A program made the position numbers and the translations under genes. The notes beneath the pieces were generated by a model. The model saw only the letters and a program-made list of their open reading frames with translations, was not told the DNA's origin and made no database searches. A DNA stretch of 64,000 nucleotides from Polyangiales bacterium (GTDB taxonomy: Bacteria > Myxococcota_A > Polyangia > Polyangiales > Houyiibacteriaceae): the NCBI GenBank assembly GCA_045106895.1, contig JBGCFM010000100.1, forward strand, positions 32,001 through 96,000. The letters are read 5' to 3'. How positions within the stretch are numbered: position 1 is the first letter of the stretch; the number at the start of each line of letters is the position of its first letter. Below are positions 20,370-32,272 of the stretch, piece after piece.

Positions 20370-20440
20370 CGCCAGAGTGTACCTACTTCGGCGCCTTTCG
20401 AGCTAGCTTGGTGAGTCGCCCCCTCACTTGAAAACGCGCA

Positions 20441-20473
20441 TAAAAAAAGGGGACCGGCCACGCCAGTCCCCTC
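20441..20473 (-). terminator. rho-independent terminator of ahcY
   Basis: AGGGGAC...GTCCCCT stem followed by a T-run on the minus strand. Confidence 0.85.
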
Positions 20474-20492
20474 TCCTTCGTATCGCCGCTGA

Positions 20493-21851
<1,359 letters not shown>

Positions 21852-21907
21852 GGGTTCTCCTGTCGTCGCGCTAAGCGCGAACGTTACTTTCGTTTTCTTC
21901 GGTCGTC

Positions 21908-22894
21908 TTAGTTGCGTTTCGTGGGGCTGCTTTTCTTGGCAGAGAGAACCTGCCAATCGAGGTGCCCATCGGGTCCATCGCCGCAGCGAATGGCCGGAAT
22001 CGGGGAGACATGAATGTCACAGAGGCCCGCGCTCTTGGCGAAGCGCGTGAGCTCTCGAGGCGAGAAGCCAAGCCAGGTGTCGGCTTGTTCGTCGCGCATG
22101 CTCTCGTCGCCGTGCGCGACGTAGTCAAGCACCAAGGCAACGCCTCCCGGCGCGACGAGTTCGGCAATCGCCGCCATGGCCGCAGTGGGCTTCGGCGCGT
22201 GGTGAAGCACGCGCGCGGCGAAGACGGCATCCGCGCCCCCTCGCTCCGCGACGGCCTTCGCCACGGCATCGTCGCCAAGCTCTGCGTTGAAGACGGTGAT
22301 GTGTGAGTAGTGACGTCTGGCGAGGCGCTCCTGCGTGGCGACGAGCTGCGCCTCGGAACGGTCGAATGCGATGACCTCGTCGAACACCGGAGCGATGACC
22401 TCGAGGAGAGACCCATCGCCGGTTCCAACGTCGACGGCGAGGCCGCGTTTTGAGATGAGCGGAGCGAGGGCGGAGAGGTACGCGCCGAGTTCGCTGGGCC
22501 AAGCGCTGCCATCTCCGCGCGCCTGGGCGAAGAAGTCTCGGGCCGGCGCCTCACGTGCGGCGAGAACGTCGGCGATGCGCGCCATGCTCTGGTCGTCTTC
22601 GCACAGAGAGTGTCCGGTTCGGAGCGCGTCACTCACGACAGCGTCGTTCTGTCTGGCTGGATTGAGGCGTACGTACACGCGCGTGCCCTGCTTACGTTCG
22701 ACGAGCAGGCCTGCGCCGCGGAGGGGCTTCAGATGGCGAGAGACATTCGGCTGGCTTTCGCCGGTCAGCTCTGCGAGCTCACCGATGGCGAGCTCCTCCT
22801 GCGCGGAGAGGGCCAGGAGGCGAAGGCGGATCGGCTCAGCGAGGAGCTTGTAGAGCTCCCAACGAGGGGCCAGAACCGCTGCACTTGTTGGCAC
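21908..22894 (-). CDS. sahR: ArsR-HTH plus SAM methyltransferase-fold regulator (SahR-type)
   Basis: [19 protein letters not shown] and VLHH motifs; lies directly upstream of ahcY. Confidence 0.85.
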   Translation of the reverse strand: MPTSAAVLAPRWELYKLLAEPIRLRLLALSAQEELAIGELAELTGESQPNVSRHLKPLRGAGLLVERKQGTRVYVRLNPARQNDAVVSDALRTGHSLCEDDQSMARIADVLAAREAPARDFFAQARGDGSAWPSELGAYLSALAPLISKRGLAVDVGTGDGSLLEVIAPVFDEVIAFDRSEAQLVATQERLARRHYSHITVFNAELGDDAVAKAVAERGGADAVFAARVLHHAPKPTAAMAAIAELVAPGGVALVLDYVAHGDESMRDEQADTWLGFSPRELTRFAKSAGLCDIHVSPIPAIRCGDGPDGHLDWQVLSAKKSSPTKRN

Positions 22895-22905
22895 CCCAAC
22901 TGTAT

Positions 22906-22921
22906 ATGCGCGAATACGCAT
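22906..22921. promoter_or_regulatory. candidate SahR operator
   Basis: ATGCG-N6-CGCAT inverted repeat about 11 bp upstream of the sahR start. Confidence 0.5.
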
Positions 22922-23042
22922 GGACGCAACTATTGATTTACTAGGCGTTTTTGGCCGCAAACCATCCCAGCTGGCGTTTCCGGGCGCAGAATGCACTAAG
23001 TACGGGAATGCCCAGACGCCCTCCCACCCCCTCTCCGAGGCG

Positions 23043-24392
23043 ATGAGCCTGCGAACCCGCCTGGCCGCGCTCTGGCTCGTGGTGCCGCTCTTTGGATGCG
23101 TGGATAGCGAGAGGATCTACGTTGAGGTCGGCGCCGGGGTGGCCATGAGCGCCGGGGCCACGGTGCTCCTTTGCTTTGGCTTGGCCGCTGCGTGGCGCCG
23201 CTGGAAAGGGCGAAACAGAAGCGACACGGTCTTCGCTCGTGTGGTGAGCCGGACGCTTATCGGGCTCGCCCTTGTCATCCTCGTCATCGCAACTCTTGGC
23301 TTGCTTCGCGTAGCCGTCATCGGGCGACCTCTGGCACTAACGGGATACATTTGGCTCTACGCCTCGCCTTTGATCTGGGCCGCCATCCTCGTCTACGAAG
23401 CGCGGATCCGAGAACACACGTCTGCGCTTCGGGGGACGTTGTGGGCCACGCTTGCCTACGTGCTTCTCTTCAGCGCGGTGTGCGTGACGTTCTGGCCGGG
23501 CCCTCGGATCCCGTCCGCCGCCGTCGTGGAAATCGCCGTCTCGAGACAGAGCGTATGTGAACGCTTCGACGGAGGCGAGGTCGTCTGTCGCGGCGTCCAA
23601 CAAGGCGCGCCCGGGCGCTGGCCTATTCCCATCGACGCTCCGAGCGCCGACGCCATCTACCTGGTGAATGGACAAGCCTGCTTGCGAACAAGTACGCCCC
23701 CCAGCGAAGTGTGGTGCTGGACGCAGGCGACACCCAGCCGACAAGAGACGTCGCTGGATCCGGTGGCGGCTCGCGCGTCCTGGATAGTCAGGCATGAAAC
23801 GCTCGAGCGCGCCCTCCATGAAGCGGAGGAAAGGTCGTTCAGCCCAAGCCGCGCCTGCCTCATCAAAGACCAACAAGTTCAGTGCGCGACGGCGCCGGGA
23901 TTCTCAGCGGAGCCCCCATCGCTTCGCCCGGTGCAGGCGCTCTCACCCGCGGACCATGTTGTGGTGGACGGCGAAGCGGCCTGTTCGTGGCTTGGACCTT
24001 TGGTGCGGTGCGATGGAGCGCAAGCTGCCGGAGAGTTCCGCTTCGAGGCCAACGTAGAGAATGTCACGCTCGGACGCTCGCACGCCTGCGCGCTCTCGGA
24101 CAAAGAGGTTCACTGCTGGGGGCTCGGTCGCAACGGTGCTCTCGGCACGGGCACCGAGGAAGACCAAGCTGCGCCGGAGCGGGTCGACCTCGACGACGTC
24201 GAGCAGTTGGCTGGGGCTGGTACATTCACCTGCGCAAGGACAGGTGGCGAAGACGGCGCGAACTATTGCTGGGGCATCGCACCTCCGAGGGTCACCTTCA
24301 ATGAGGAGCCTACGCGAGTCCCAAACCGCCGTCTCCGCGACATCTTTCGTCGGCAGGTTTTCCGCGCTCGGCCAACGCTGTTGAGGCAATGA
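23043..24392 (+). CDS. membrane protein with RCC1-like repeats
   Basis: N-terminal TMs; HACAL...VHCWG...GALG and FTCA...YCWG motifs. Confidence 0.7.
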   Translation: MSLRTRLAALWLVVPLFGCVDSERIYVEVGAGVAMSAGATVLLCFGLAAAWRRWKGRNRSDTVFARVVSRTLIGLALVILVIATLGLLRVAVIGRPLALTGYIWLYASPLIWAAILVYEARIREHTSALRGTLWATLAYVLLFSAVCVTFWPGPRIPSAAVVEIAVSRQSVCERFDGGEVVCRGVQQGAPGRWPIPIDAPSADAIYLVNGQACLRTSTPPSEVWCWTQATPSRQETSLDPVAARASWIVRHETLERALHEAEERSFSPSRACLIKDQQVQCATAPGFSAEPPSLRPVQALSPADHVVVDGEAACSWLGPLVRCDGAQAAGEFRFEANVENVTLGRSHACALSDKEVHCWGLGRNGALGTGTEEDQAAPERVDLDDVEQLAGAGTFTCARTGGEDGANYCWGIAPPRVTFNEEPTRVPNRRLRDIFRRQVFRARPTLLRQ

Positions 24393-24557
24393 CGCTGGCC
24401 GCCCGCCGCCGCCGTTGCCCTCAGAGCACTGATTTGAGCCTTGGCTTTTTCGGCATTTTTCGCCTCTTGAACGAGTTTATGGGCACGAAATGCGGCGTAG
24501 TTAGGCAAGTCTTGCTCGATATTCGAGGGGAGATGACCAAAATCAGAGACAAATGCC

Positions 24558-24573
24558 TGGCACGTCCACTGCA
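24558..24573 (+). promoter_or_regulatory. candidate sigma54 promoter
   Basis: TGGCACGTCCACTGCA has GG-N10-GC spacing. Confidence 0.65.
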
Positions 24574-24660
24574 CTAGCGCGTTGTACTTTTATCCAAGAC
24601 CGCATACACACGGCGCACTGCTGCTCGTCCCACAACGACGAGCACACGAAAAGGAACACC

Positions 24661-25113
24661 ATGAAGAAGATTCTCCTCATCACGCTCGCCTCCACTCTCT
24701 TCGCTTGTGGCGGCGGTGGCGGCGACGCTGTCGCGCTCGCTCCTGGCTTCACGGCACCCAACATGGTCGAAGGCCGCGCGGGCGGACTCACGGACGCCTC
24801 CTCCCTCGGCGAGGGTTGCATCGGCAGCATCGCGTCGGACCCGGACCACGTCATGACGCTCAGCGCCGCGATTCCAAACCTTCGAATCTTCGCCACCGCT
24901 GGCGAGGACATCACCCTTGTCATTCAGCAGCCCGACGGCTCCTACATCTGCAACGATGACACCGAAGGCCTCAACCCCCTCGTGACTCAGCCTTCCTTCG
25001 CCGCTGGTGAGTACAAGATCTGGGTCGGCAGCTACTCCACCGAAGAAGGCGGAGCTGCATACAAGCTCGGCTTCTCCGAGGACGCAGCAGCGATGCCTTC
25101 CTCCCTTCAGTAG
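24661..25113 (+). CDS. small lipoprotein, PPC-like domain
   Basis: AAGGAA RBS, MKK...LFAC lipobox, CNDD...GEYKIWVG motif. Confidence 0.8.
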   Translation: MKKILLITLASTLFACGGGGGDAVALAPGFTAPNMVEGRAGGLTDASSLGEGCIGSIASDPDHVMTLSAAIPNLRIFATAGEDITLVIQQPDGSYICNDDTEGLNPLVTQPSFAAGEYKIWVGSYSTEEGGAAYKLGFSEDAAAMPSSLQ

Positions 25114-25129
25114 GCCTCTCGGCTACGCG

Positions 25130-25160
25130 AAAAGGCACATCTTCGGATGTGCCTTTTTTG
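25130..25160 (+). terminator. rho-independent terminator
   Basis: AAAAGGCACATC-TTCG-GATGTGCCTTTT followed by TT. Confidence 0.9.
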
Positions 25161-25207
25161 CTTTAAGCACCCATTGCTCGTCCTGCACCACCGTGGCAGT
25201 GAACCCC

Positions 25208-26437
25208 GTGCGCCTTCTAGCCCTTCTCTTGTTGTGCGGTTGTTACGTATCCCACTACCCCGAAGACGCCAGCGTCGACGCGCCGGCGGACGTCTTTGAC
25301 GCCGGCGTCGATTCCCGGGTCGTGGACGTTGGCCTTGATGTCCCCGTACTCATCGAGCCGGATCGCCCCGTCACTGAGCGCTGCGACCTGACTCGGCCGC
25401 CAACCTTCGCCGGCGAACTGCCTGCGGAGTGCAATCTCACTGGAGCCGGCGACAACGACGACGACGGCTTCAGCAACGAGGCGGACTGCAACGACTGCTC
25501 GCCACAGGTGAACCCGGGAGCATTCGAGATCCCGGGCAACGGCGTCGACGAAGACTGCGATGGACGCGACGTCTACCGCTGCGAGGACGTCGCCGAGTCG
25601 CCGGACGCCTTCGCCGCAGCACGCGCCATCGGCCTCTGTGAACGAACGACGGCAAGCGAACGCGAGTGGGGCGTTCTCGATGCGCGCATCACGCGGGCCA
25701 ACGGCGAAGGGGCCCCCGAGGGGTTTCAGTGGGAGATCCTCGAGCGCCTCGGCGCCGCCACGCCGCGAATCGGCGACGCTATGCTCTCATTGTCCAACGC
25801 CTCCGCCGGAGAGATCGGAGTCGCCGCCAACCGCTGCCAAGAGATCGTCGATGACGGCGATGCGCGCCCCGAACCGACCCCTCCGGGACACCCTTACCCG
25901 TCGACATCTTGCCCTGGCGCCGGGAACGGCGACGTCCTTCAGTCCGCCGCGCTTGAGGTGCGACTCCGCGTCCCGACGAACGCGGCGGGCTACCGCGTTG
26001 GGACGAACTTCTACACGCGCGAGTTCCCGGACTTCGTCTGTGATCGCTTCAACGACGCCTTCGTGATCCTCGAAGAACGCGAAGGTACTTGGCGTAACGT
26101 CGCCTTCGACGCCGAAGGCAACACCATCAGCGTCAACAACGCGCTTCTCGAAGTGTGCCGGCCGGGAACGCATCGTGGACGCCGCTTCGACTGCGCTGAG
26201 GGAGCAGCAGCTCTGAGCGGCACGGGATTTGACCTCGACTGCAGCCGTCCACCCACGCGGGAGACGCCGGGGGGCGCGACGGGTTGGATCTGCACCGATG
26301 TTCCTGCTTCCCCGGGCGAGATCATCACGCTCCGCTTTGCCATTTGGGACACAGGCGACCCCTACCTTTCTTCCTTGGCCCTCATCGACGGGTTCAGCTG
26401 GTTGCCCGCGCGTTTTCAAAGCGTGTCCCCCGAGTAG
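25208..26437 (+). CDS. lipoprotein with Cys/Asp metal-binding repeat and choice-of-anchor L-like domain
   Basis: LCGC lipobox; DCND...NPGAFEIPGNGVDEDCDG, EFPDFVC..FNDAF and LRFAIWDTGD motifs. Confidence 0.75.
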   Translation: MRLLALLLLCGCYVSHYPEDASVDAPADVFDAGVDSRVVDVGLDVPVLIEPDRPVTERCDLTRPPTFAGELPAECNLTGAGDNDDDGFSNEADCNDCSPQVNPGAFEIPGNGVDEDCDGRDVYRCEDVAESPDAFAAARAIGLCERTTASEREWGVLDARITRANGEGAPEGFQWEILERLGAATPRIGDAMLSLSNASAGEIGVAANRCQEIVDDGDARPEPTPPGHPYPSTSCPGAGNGDVLQSAALEVRLRVPTNAAGYRVGTNFYTREFPDFVCDRFNDAFVILEEREGTWRNVAFDAEGNTISVNNALLEVCRPGTHRGRRFDCAEGAAALSGTGFDLDCSRPPTRETPGGATGWICTDVPASPGEIITLRFAIWDTGDPYLSSLALIDGFSWLPARFQSVSPE

Positions 26438-26460
26438 GGCTCCTTTGCTAAGCTCCCCGC

Positions 26461-28278
26461 GTGTCGCAGGAAGACGGAACCCAGCTCGAAGCGATTCGGC
26501 AGACTCTCGCGGCCCTTGGTGTTCAAGACACCCATCTCGCGGAAGCCACCATTGGCGGCCTCCCAAACGGGACCACCAGCGAGGACCTCGAAAACGCCAA
26601 ACTCTCGGATGTTGAAGCTCAGGGAGACGATGAGTTCGTCATCCGCGAGGAGCTCGGGCGAGGCGGCATGGGCATCGTAGAGCTTGCGACACAGCGCGCC
26701 CTCAATCGCGAAGTAGCCATCAAGCGCCTCATCTCGCCGAGCCCGCCACACGTCGCGGCCCTCCTCCGCGAGGCGACCATCGCGGGCCAACTGGAACATC
26801 CAAACATCGTTCCCGTGCACGCACTCGTCACCACCGGCGAGGGCCCAAGCGTCGTGATGAAGCGGGTGTCGGGCACGGACTGGCAGGTCTTGATTCGAGG
26901 CGGCGAGACCCCCCTTGAGACGCACATCGACGTGCTCATTCAGCTCTGCCGCGCCCTCAGTTTTGCCCACAGTCGAGATGTCGTGCACCGAGACATCAAA
27001 CCCGCGAACGTGATGATCGGCGAGTACGGAGAGGTGTACCTCGTTGACTGGGGCCTCGCACGGAGGCTCACGAACGGTAAGCTCAAAAACAAACGCATGG
27101 CTGGAACGCCGGCGTACATGGCGCCGGAGATGGTCAGCGGCAGCATCGACGCGCGCACGGATGTGTACCTTCTGGGGAGCTGCCTGCATGAGGTGCTCGT
27201 TGGCGTGCCTCGACACGTCGCCGAGTCCGTCATGGAGGTCGTCATGGCGGCACAGGACTCAAAGCCGGCGGCCTACCCTCCTTCGGTGCCGGCGGAGCTC
27301 GCCGCCATCTGCAACCGAGCATGCAGTCGTGACCCAGAGCGTCGCTACGCAAGCGCGAGTGACCTAAGACAAGCGCTTCAGAGCTACCTCAAGCACCGCG
27401 CAGCGACAGAACTCGTCCGCGTCGCCGAGGAACGCGTCACAGAGCTCACTGCGCTAGCCCGCGAAAGCGAATATCGGCGAGCCCAACAGCTCTTCCATGA
27501 AGCCCGCTTCGGGTTCGAGCAGGCGCTCGCGGCTTGGCCCGCGTCGGCGCGTGCGCAGCAAGGCCGCGAAGAGTGCCTGAACTGGATGGCGGAGTACGAG
27601 CTGGAGTGCGGCCACGAAAAGAACGCCTCAGCGCTCGTCGATGCGATGAAAGACCCATCGCAGAAGCTCCGGCGAGACCTCGCGGAGCTTCAAACGGAAC
27701 TCAGCGACGAACGACGGCGCGTGCAGAAGCTCAAGCTGGACCGAGATCCCCAGGCCGGCGCAGCGGAACGTAGCCGGGCCACTCTTTGGCTCGCCGTTGC
27801 CATCGTCGTCCTCGTGCTGGCGTTCGGCTCCGTTCGCGCGTTCTTTCCAAACTACGCCACAAGCAAGATACGTCTACCCCTCGTCGCCGCCGTCGTCCTC
27901 GGCATCGTGTCCGCCACGATCTGGCGCTGGCGAAAGACCGCGGCGCTCAATCTGATCAACCGCCGTATCACGCAGGTCGTCCTCTCGACGCTCTCGCTCT
28001 CTTTCCTCAACCGCGTCCTCGACTACATCACAAATCGCGACCCCACCACCACGCTTCACACGGACGCTCTCATCGTCCTCGGCGGCGGTCTCGCGCTGAC
28101 CCCCTTTCACCGCGCCGGCCCAGGACTTGCGCTCCTCGCGGGGCTTGTCGCCTGCGTCGGTGCGCTTCGGCCGGCTTGGCTGGAGGCCATGTTTATCGGT
28201 CTCTCCCTCGCTGTGCCGCTGCTCTTTCTCGGCGTCCGTTTGAGACGCGGAGTCGACCTCAAAGAACCTCGCTTGTAA
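26461..28278 (+). CDS. Hanks-type Ser/Thr protein kinase with C-terminal TMs
   Basis: LGRGGMG, VAIK, HRDIKPAN, DWG and GTPAYMAPE motifs. Confidence 0.95.
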   Translation: MSQEDGTQLEAIRQTLAALGVQDTHLAEATIGGLPNGTTSEDLENAKLSDVEAQGDDEFVIREELGRGGMGIVELATQRALNREVAIKRLISPSPPHVAALLREATIAGQLEHPNIVPVHALVTTGEGPSVVMKRVSGTDWQVLIRGGETPLETHIDVLIQLCRALSFAHSRDVVHRDIKPANVMIGEYGEVYLVDWGLARRLTNGKLKNKRMAGTPAYMAPEMVSGSIDARTDVYLLGSCLHEVLVGVPRHVAESVMEVVMAAQDSKPAAYPPSVPAELAAICNRACSRDPERRYASASDLRQALQSYLKHRAATELVRVAEERVTELTALARESEYRRAQQLFHEARFGFEQALAAWPASARAQQGREECLNWMAEYELECGHEKNASALVDAMKDPSQKLRRDLAELQTELSDERRRVQKLKLDRDPQAGAAERSRATLWLAVAIVVLVLAFGSVRAFFPNYATSKIRLPLVAAVVLGIVSATIWRWRKTAALNLINRRITQVVLSTLSLSFLNRVLDYITNRDPTTTLHTDALIVLGGGLALTPFHRAGPGLALLAGLVACVGALRPAWLEAMFIGLSLAVPLLFLGVRLRRGVDLKEPRL

Positions 28279-28282
28279 GTGG

Positions 28283-28963
28283 CTAGTTTTTCTTCGCGCG
28301 CTTCTTCGGCGCGTTCATCGCAAGCTCTTCGGCGATTCGTTTTTTCGAGGCTGCCCATCCGCAGATGGGGCACGTGGACAAATCGTGGCGACGCGCCGGG
28401 CAGTACTCACGTCCGAAGAAAATGATCTGCAGGTGCAGGTCATTCCAGATGGACTCATCGAAGAGTTTCTTCAGGTCTTTCTCCGTCGTCAGCACGTTCT
28501 TCCCGCTCGAAAGCCCCCAACGGGTGGCGAGGCGATGAATGTGTGTATCCACAGGAAACGCCGGAACGCCGAACGCCTGAGCCACGACGACCTGAGCGGT
28601 CTTATGACCGACGCCGGGGAGCGCCTCGAGCTCTTCGAGGGTCTCGGGCACCACGCCGCCATGGCGCTCCATGAGAAGCTCGCTGGCACGTTTGAGGTTT
28701 TTTGCCTTGGTCGGCGCAAGCCCCACCTGACGGATAAGCTCCCGAATCGCCTCGACGTCCATCGCGGCCATTTCCTTCGGCCCCGGAGCGGCCCGGAAGA
28801 GCGCCGGTGTCACCTCATTCACCTTTTTGTCCGTCGTTTGTGCGGAAAGTGCCACGGCGACGAGCAAGGTGAAGGGATCCGTGTGGTCCAGGGGAACAGG
28901 AACCTCTGGGTACAGGCGCTGCAGAATAGAGGCGATCTTCTTGGCTTTTTCCGCGCGCGTCAT
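28283..28963 (-). CDS. nth: endonuclease III
   Basis: LSAQTTD, LPGVGHKTA and PVDTH motifs plus C-terminal Cys residues. Confidence 0.93.
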   Translation of the reverse strand: MTRAEKAKKIASILQRLYPEVPVPLDHTDPFTLLVAVALSAQTTDKKVNEVTPALFRAAPGPKEMAAMDVEAIRELIRQVGLAPTKAKNLKRASELLMERHGGVVPETLEELEALPGVGHKTAQVVVAQAFGVPAFPVDTHIHRLATRWGLSSGKNVLTTEKDLKKLFDESIWNDLHLQIIFFGREYCPARRHDLSTCPICGWAASKKRIAEELAMNAPKKRAKKN

Positions 28964-29059
28964 AGGAGCGTTCGTACGGGCCAGTGAGGGAGCCCGCAAG
29001 GTCTGCGTTTCCACACGACACGATGCGGTTTGGCGGCAGAGCGTTGTAAGGTCCGCCCC

Positions 29060-30730
29060 ATGGCGGAAACCAGCAGCACCCAGAGCGAAACGAAACTCGA
29101 GACCACACCGGACACCTACCGGCATTGGAGCCTAAAGGTCGAAGGCGACACAGCCCGTTTGACCATGAACGTACAGCCCGATGGCGGTCTTCGTCCGGAC
29201 TACGAGCTCAAGTTGAATAGCTACGACCTCGGCGTCGATGTTGAGCTCTCGGATTCGATCCAGAGGCTCCGATTTGAGCACCCCGAGGTGAAGGTGCTTG
29301 TCGTGGACTCCGCCCTCGACCGTGTGTTCTGCGCCGGCGCGAATATTCCGATGCTCAGTTCCTCGACGCACGCGTTCAAGGTGAACTTCTGCAAGTACAC
29401 CAATGAGACGCGCCTCTACCTTGAGAACATGTCTTCGCAGAGCGGCATCAAGACCCTCGCCGCTCTCAATGGAACGTGCGCCGGCGGTGGATACGAGCTG
29501 GCCCTCGCCTGCGACGAGATCCTTCTCATCGACGACGGCTCGAGTGCCGTGAGTCTCCCGGAGGTTCCGCTCCTCGCTGTGTTGCCCGGAACCGGCGGAC
29601 TGACGCGCGTCGTCGACAAGCGACGCGTCCGTCGCGACCAAGCAGACATCTTCTGCACCACCGCCGAAGGCATTCGCGGGAAGCGAGCTGTGGAATGGAA
29701 CCTCGTCGACGCCATCGCACCGCGCAGCCGTTTCGCCGAAGCCGTCAAGGAACGCAGCGAGAGCCTCGCGGCTGGAGCGCCGAGCGCGTCGAAGGGCCCC
29801 GGAATTTCGCTTCCCGCCGTCGCTCCACGCGTTGAAGACGGAACTCACCACTACGAGTTCGTCGAGCTCAGCATCGATGACGACCAGCGCGTCGCGACAC
29901 TCACCATGAAAGCGCCGACGGAATCCGCCCCCGCGGACGGCGCCGCGATTCAAGCCGCCGGCGCTGGGCAGTGGAACCTCAGGGCGTTCCGCGAGCTCGA
30001 CCACGCTCTTCTTCGACTGCGCTTCGACTTCCCCGCCGTTGGCCTCGTTCTTCTGCACACGCGCGGAGACGCGGAGAAGGTCCTCGAACACGGCAACGCA
30101 CTTTTGGCCAACCAAGACCATTGGCTCGCCAAGGAGATCCTGCTCCTCCAGGCGCGAGTCCTCCGGCGACTCGACCTTACCTCGCGTAGCTTCTTCGCCA
30201 TCATCGACGAGGGCAGCTGCTTCGCAGGCACTCTTCTCGAGCTCGCCTTCGCCGCCGACCGCGCATACATGCTCGAAGACGACGACGAGGCCGTGACCTT
30301 GTGCCGAAGCGCAATCAACGGCGACGCCGAAACAGCGCACCTTCCAATGTCGAATGGCCTCTCGCGACTCCAGACTCGCTTCTTTGAGCGCGACGACGAG
30401 CTCAAAAAAGCCCTCTCCGCCGACGGTCCGATCGCCGCGAGCGCCGCGACGAAGCTTGGCCTTGTGACGGTCGCCGCAGACGACATCGACTGGGAAGACG
30501 ACGTGCGCATCGCCATCGAAGAGCGAGCGTCCATGTCCCCGGATGCCCTCACGGGGATGGAGGCGAGCCTTCGCTTTCCGGGCCCTGAGACCCTTGAGAC
30601 AAAGATCTTTGCTCGTCTGAGCGCATGGCAAAACTGGATCTTCCAGCGCCCCAACGCGGTGGGTCCTGCGGGCGCCCTGACGAAGTACGGTCAGCCCGAA
30701 CGCCCATCCTTCGACTGGCGACGCTGCTAG
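29060..30730 (+). CDS. boxC: 2,3-epoxybenzoyl-CoA dihydrolase
   Basis: KLNSYDLGVDVEL, KVNFCKYTNETR and LSAWQNWIFQRPNA motifs. Confidence 0.93.
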   Translation: MAETSSTQSETKLETTPDTYRHWSLKVEGDTARLTMNVQPDGGLRPDYELKLNSYDLGVDVELSDSIQRLRFEHPEVKVLVVDSALDRVFCAGANIPMLSSSTHAFKVNFCKYTNETRLYLENMSSQSGIKTLAALNGTCAGGGYELALACDEILLIDDGSSAVSLPEVPLLAVLPGTGGLTRVVDKRRVRRDQADIFCTTAEGIRGKRAVEWNLVDAIAPRSRFAEAVKERSESLAAGAPSASKGPGISLPAVAPRVEDGTHHYEFVELSIDDDQRVATLTMKAPTESAPADGAAIQAAGAGQWNLRAFRELDHALLRLRFDFPAVGLVLLHTRGDAEKVLEHGNALLANQDHWLAKEILLLQARVLRRLDLTSRSFFAIIDEGSCFAGTLLELAFAADRAYMLEDDDEAVTLCRSAINGDAETAHLPMSNGLSRLQTRFFERDDELKKALSADGPIAASAATKLGLVTVAADDIDWEDDVRIAIEERASMSPDALTGMEASLRFPGPETLETKIFARLSAWQNWIFQRPNAVGPAGALTKYGQPERPSFDWRRC

Positions 30731-30847
30731 CGTCGGACCTGTAAGAAGGGACCTGCAGAGTGTGGCGACTCACGCCACTGGGCCAATTCGGCCCCTCCAG
30801 TGAGTCGGCGCACGGCCCCGAGCCGTCGGTAGTCCCACAATCGGTGT

Positions 30848-32272
30848 ATGTCGCTCACCGATTCGATTCCCAACAATGTCGACCTTGGCTCCGACCGAAA
30901 GCTGCTTCGTGCGCTTGAGAAGTGGCAGCCCAACTTCCTCTCCTGGTGGAACGATATGGGCCCCGAAGGGTTCCAAGAAGACCGAATCTGGCTGAGGACG
31001 GCAACGAGCGTCGATGCCAGCGGATGGGCGAACTACGACTACGTGAAGATGCCGGACTACCGGTGGGGCATTTTCCTCACACCGCGCGACGGCGAACGAA
31101 ACATTGGTTTTGGTGACACCGCAGACCAGAAAGTCTGGGACGAGGTCCCCGGCGAGTTCCGCGGCATGCTTCGGCGCATCATTGTGACCCAGGCAGACAC
31201 GGAGCCTGCGAGCGTCGAGCAGCAGCGCCTTCTCGGCAAGACCGCACCGAGCCTCTACGACCTGCGAAACCTCTTCCAGATCAACGTCGAAGAGGGACGT
31301 CATCTTTGGGCGATGGTTCACTTGCTTCACCAGTACTTCGGCCGCGATGGTCGCGAAGAGGCGGAGGCACTCCTCGAGCGCCGCAGTGGCGACGTCGACA
31401 AGCCACGTATCCTGAACACCTTCAACGAAAGCACCGATGAGTGGCTCTCGTTCTTCATGTTCGCGATGTTCACGGACCGCGACGGTAAGTACCAGCTCTC
31501 GGCCCTGAGCGAATCTGGCTTCGACCCGCTAGCGCGCGCCACGCAGTTCATGCTCACGGAAGAGGCGTTCCACCTCAGCGTCGGTGAAAACGGCGTGGGC
31601 CGCGTTGTGCAGCGCGCCGTGGAGGCGACGATCAAGGACTCCAATGGTGACGCCCGCGCCCAAGGCGCCGTCGACCTTCCGACGATTCAGAAGTGGATCA
31701 ACTTCTGGTTCTCCAGCGCCGTTGAACTCTTCGGCGGCGAGATCAGCTCCAACGCCGCCGACTACTTCGCGACGGGTCTCAAGGGCCGGCATCAGGAGAT
31801 GAAGAAGTACGAAGACCACACGAGCCTCGGCGGCGTGTACAACATCCCCGTTCTGAAGAACGGCAAGATCACCCACGAAGAGGTCCCAGAGCGAACGGCG
31901 ATGAACGAGCTGCTTCGCGACGAGTACGTGGCGGACTGCGAACGCGCCTGCGCCCGATGGAACAAGATCATCGCTGCCGGCGGCATCACGGACTTCCAGC
32001 TCAAGATTCCAAATCGCCGCTTCAACCGGCAGATGGGCATCTACGCCGGCACGCACTTCTCTCCCGAGGGAGAGCTCATCAGCGCCGCGGAGTTCACCAA
32101 GGGCGCTGAGCAGTGGCTGCCCACGCCGTCGGACCGAGACTACGTGCGCTCTCTCATGACGCCGGTTTACGAAGCAGGTGAGTTCGCCTCTTGGATCGCC
32201 CCTCCGCGCAAGGGCGTGAAGGGCAAGGCCGTCGACTTCGAGTACGTTCAGTTCATGGACGCCGCAGAATAG
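30848..32272 (+). CDS. boxB: benzoyl-CoA 2,3-epoxidase diiron subunit
   Basis: IPNNV, KMPDYRWGIF, DTEPASVEQQ, EEGRH and EEAFH motifs. Confidence 0.95.
   Translation: MSLTDSIPNNVDLGSDRKLLRALEKWQPNFLSWWNDMGPEGFQEDRIWLRTATSVDASGWANYDYVKMPDYRWGIFLTPRDGERNIGFGDTADQKVWDEVPGEFRGMLRRIIVTQADTEPASVEQQRLLGKTAPSLYDLRNLFQINVEEGRHLWAMVHLLHQYFGRDGREEAEALLERRSGDVDKPRILNTFNESTDEWLSFFMFAMFTDRDGKYQLSALSESGFDPLARATQFMLTEEAFHLSVGENGVGRVVQRAVEATIKDSNGDARAQGAVDLPTIQKWINFWFSSAVELFGGEISSNAADYFATGLKGRHQEMKKYEDHTSLGGVYNIPVLKNGKITHEEVPERTAMNELLRDEYVADCERACARWNKIIAAGGITDFQLKIPNRRFNRQMGIYAGTHFSPEGELISAAEFTKGAEQWLPTPSDRDYVRSLMTPVYEAGEFASWIAPPRKGVKGKAVDFEYVQFMDAAE

Noticed and set aside
21852..21907. SAH or SAM riboswitch before ahcY
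   Set aside because: Only 56 bp with no recognisable structure; SahR explains the regulation.
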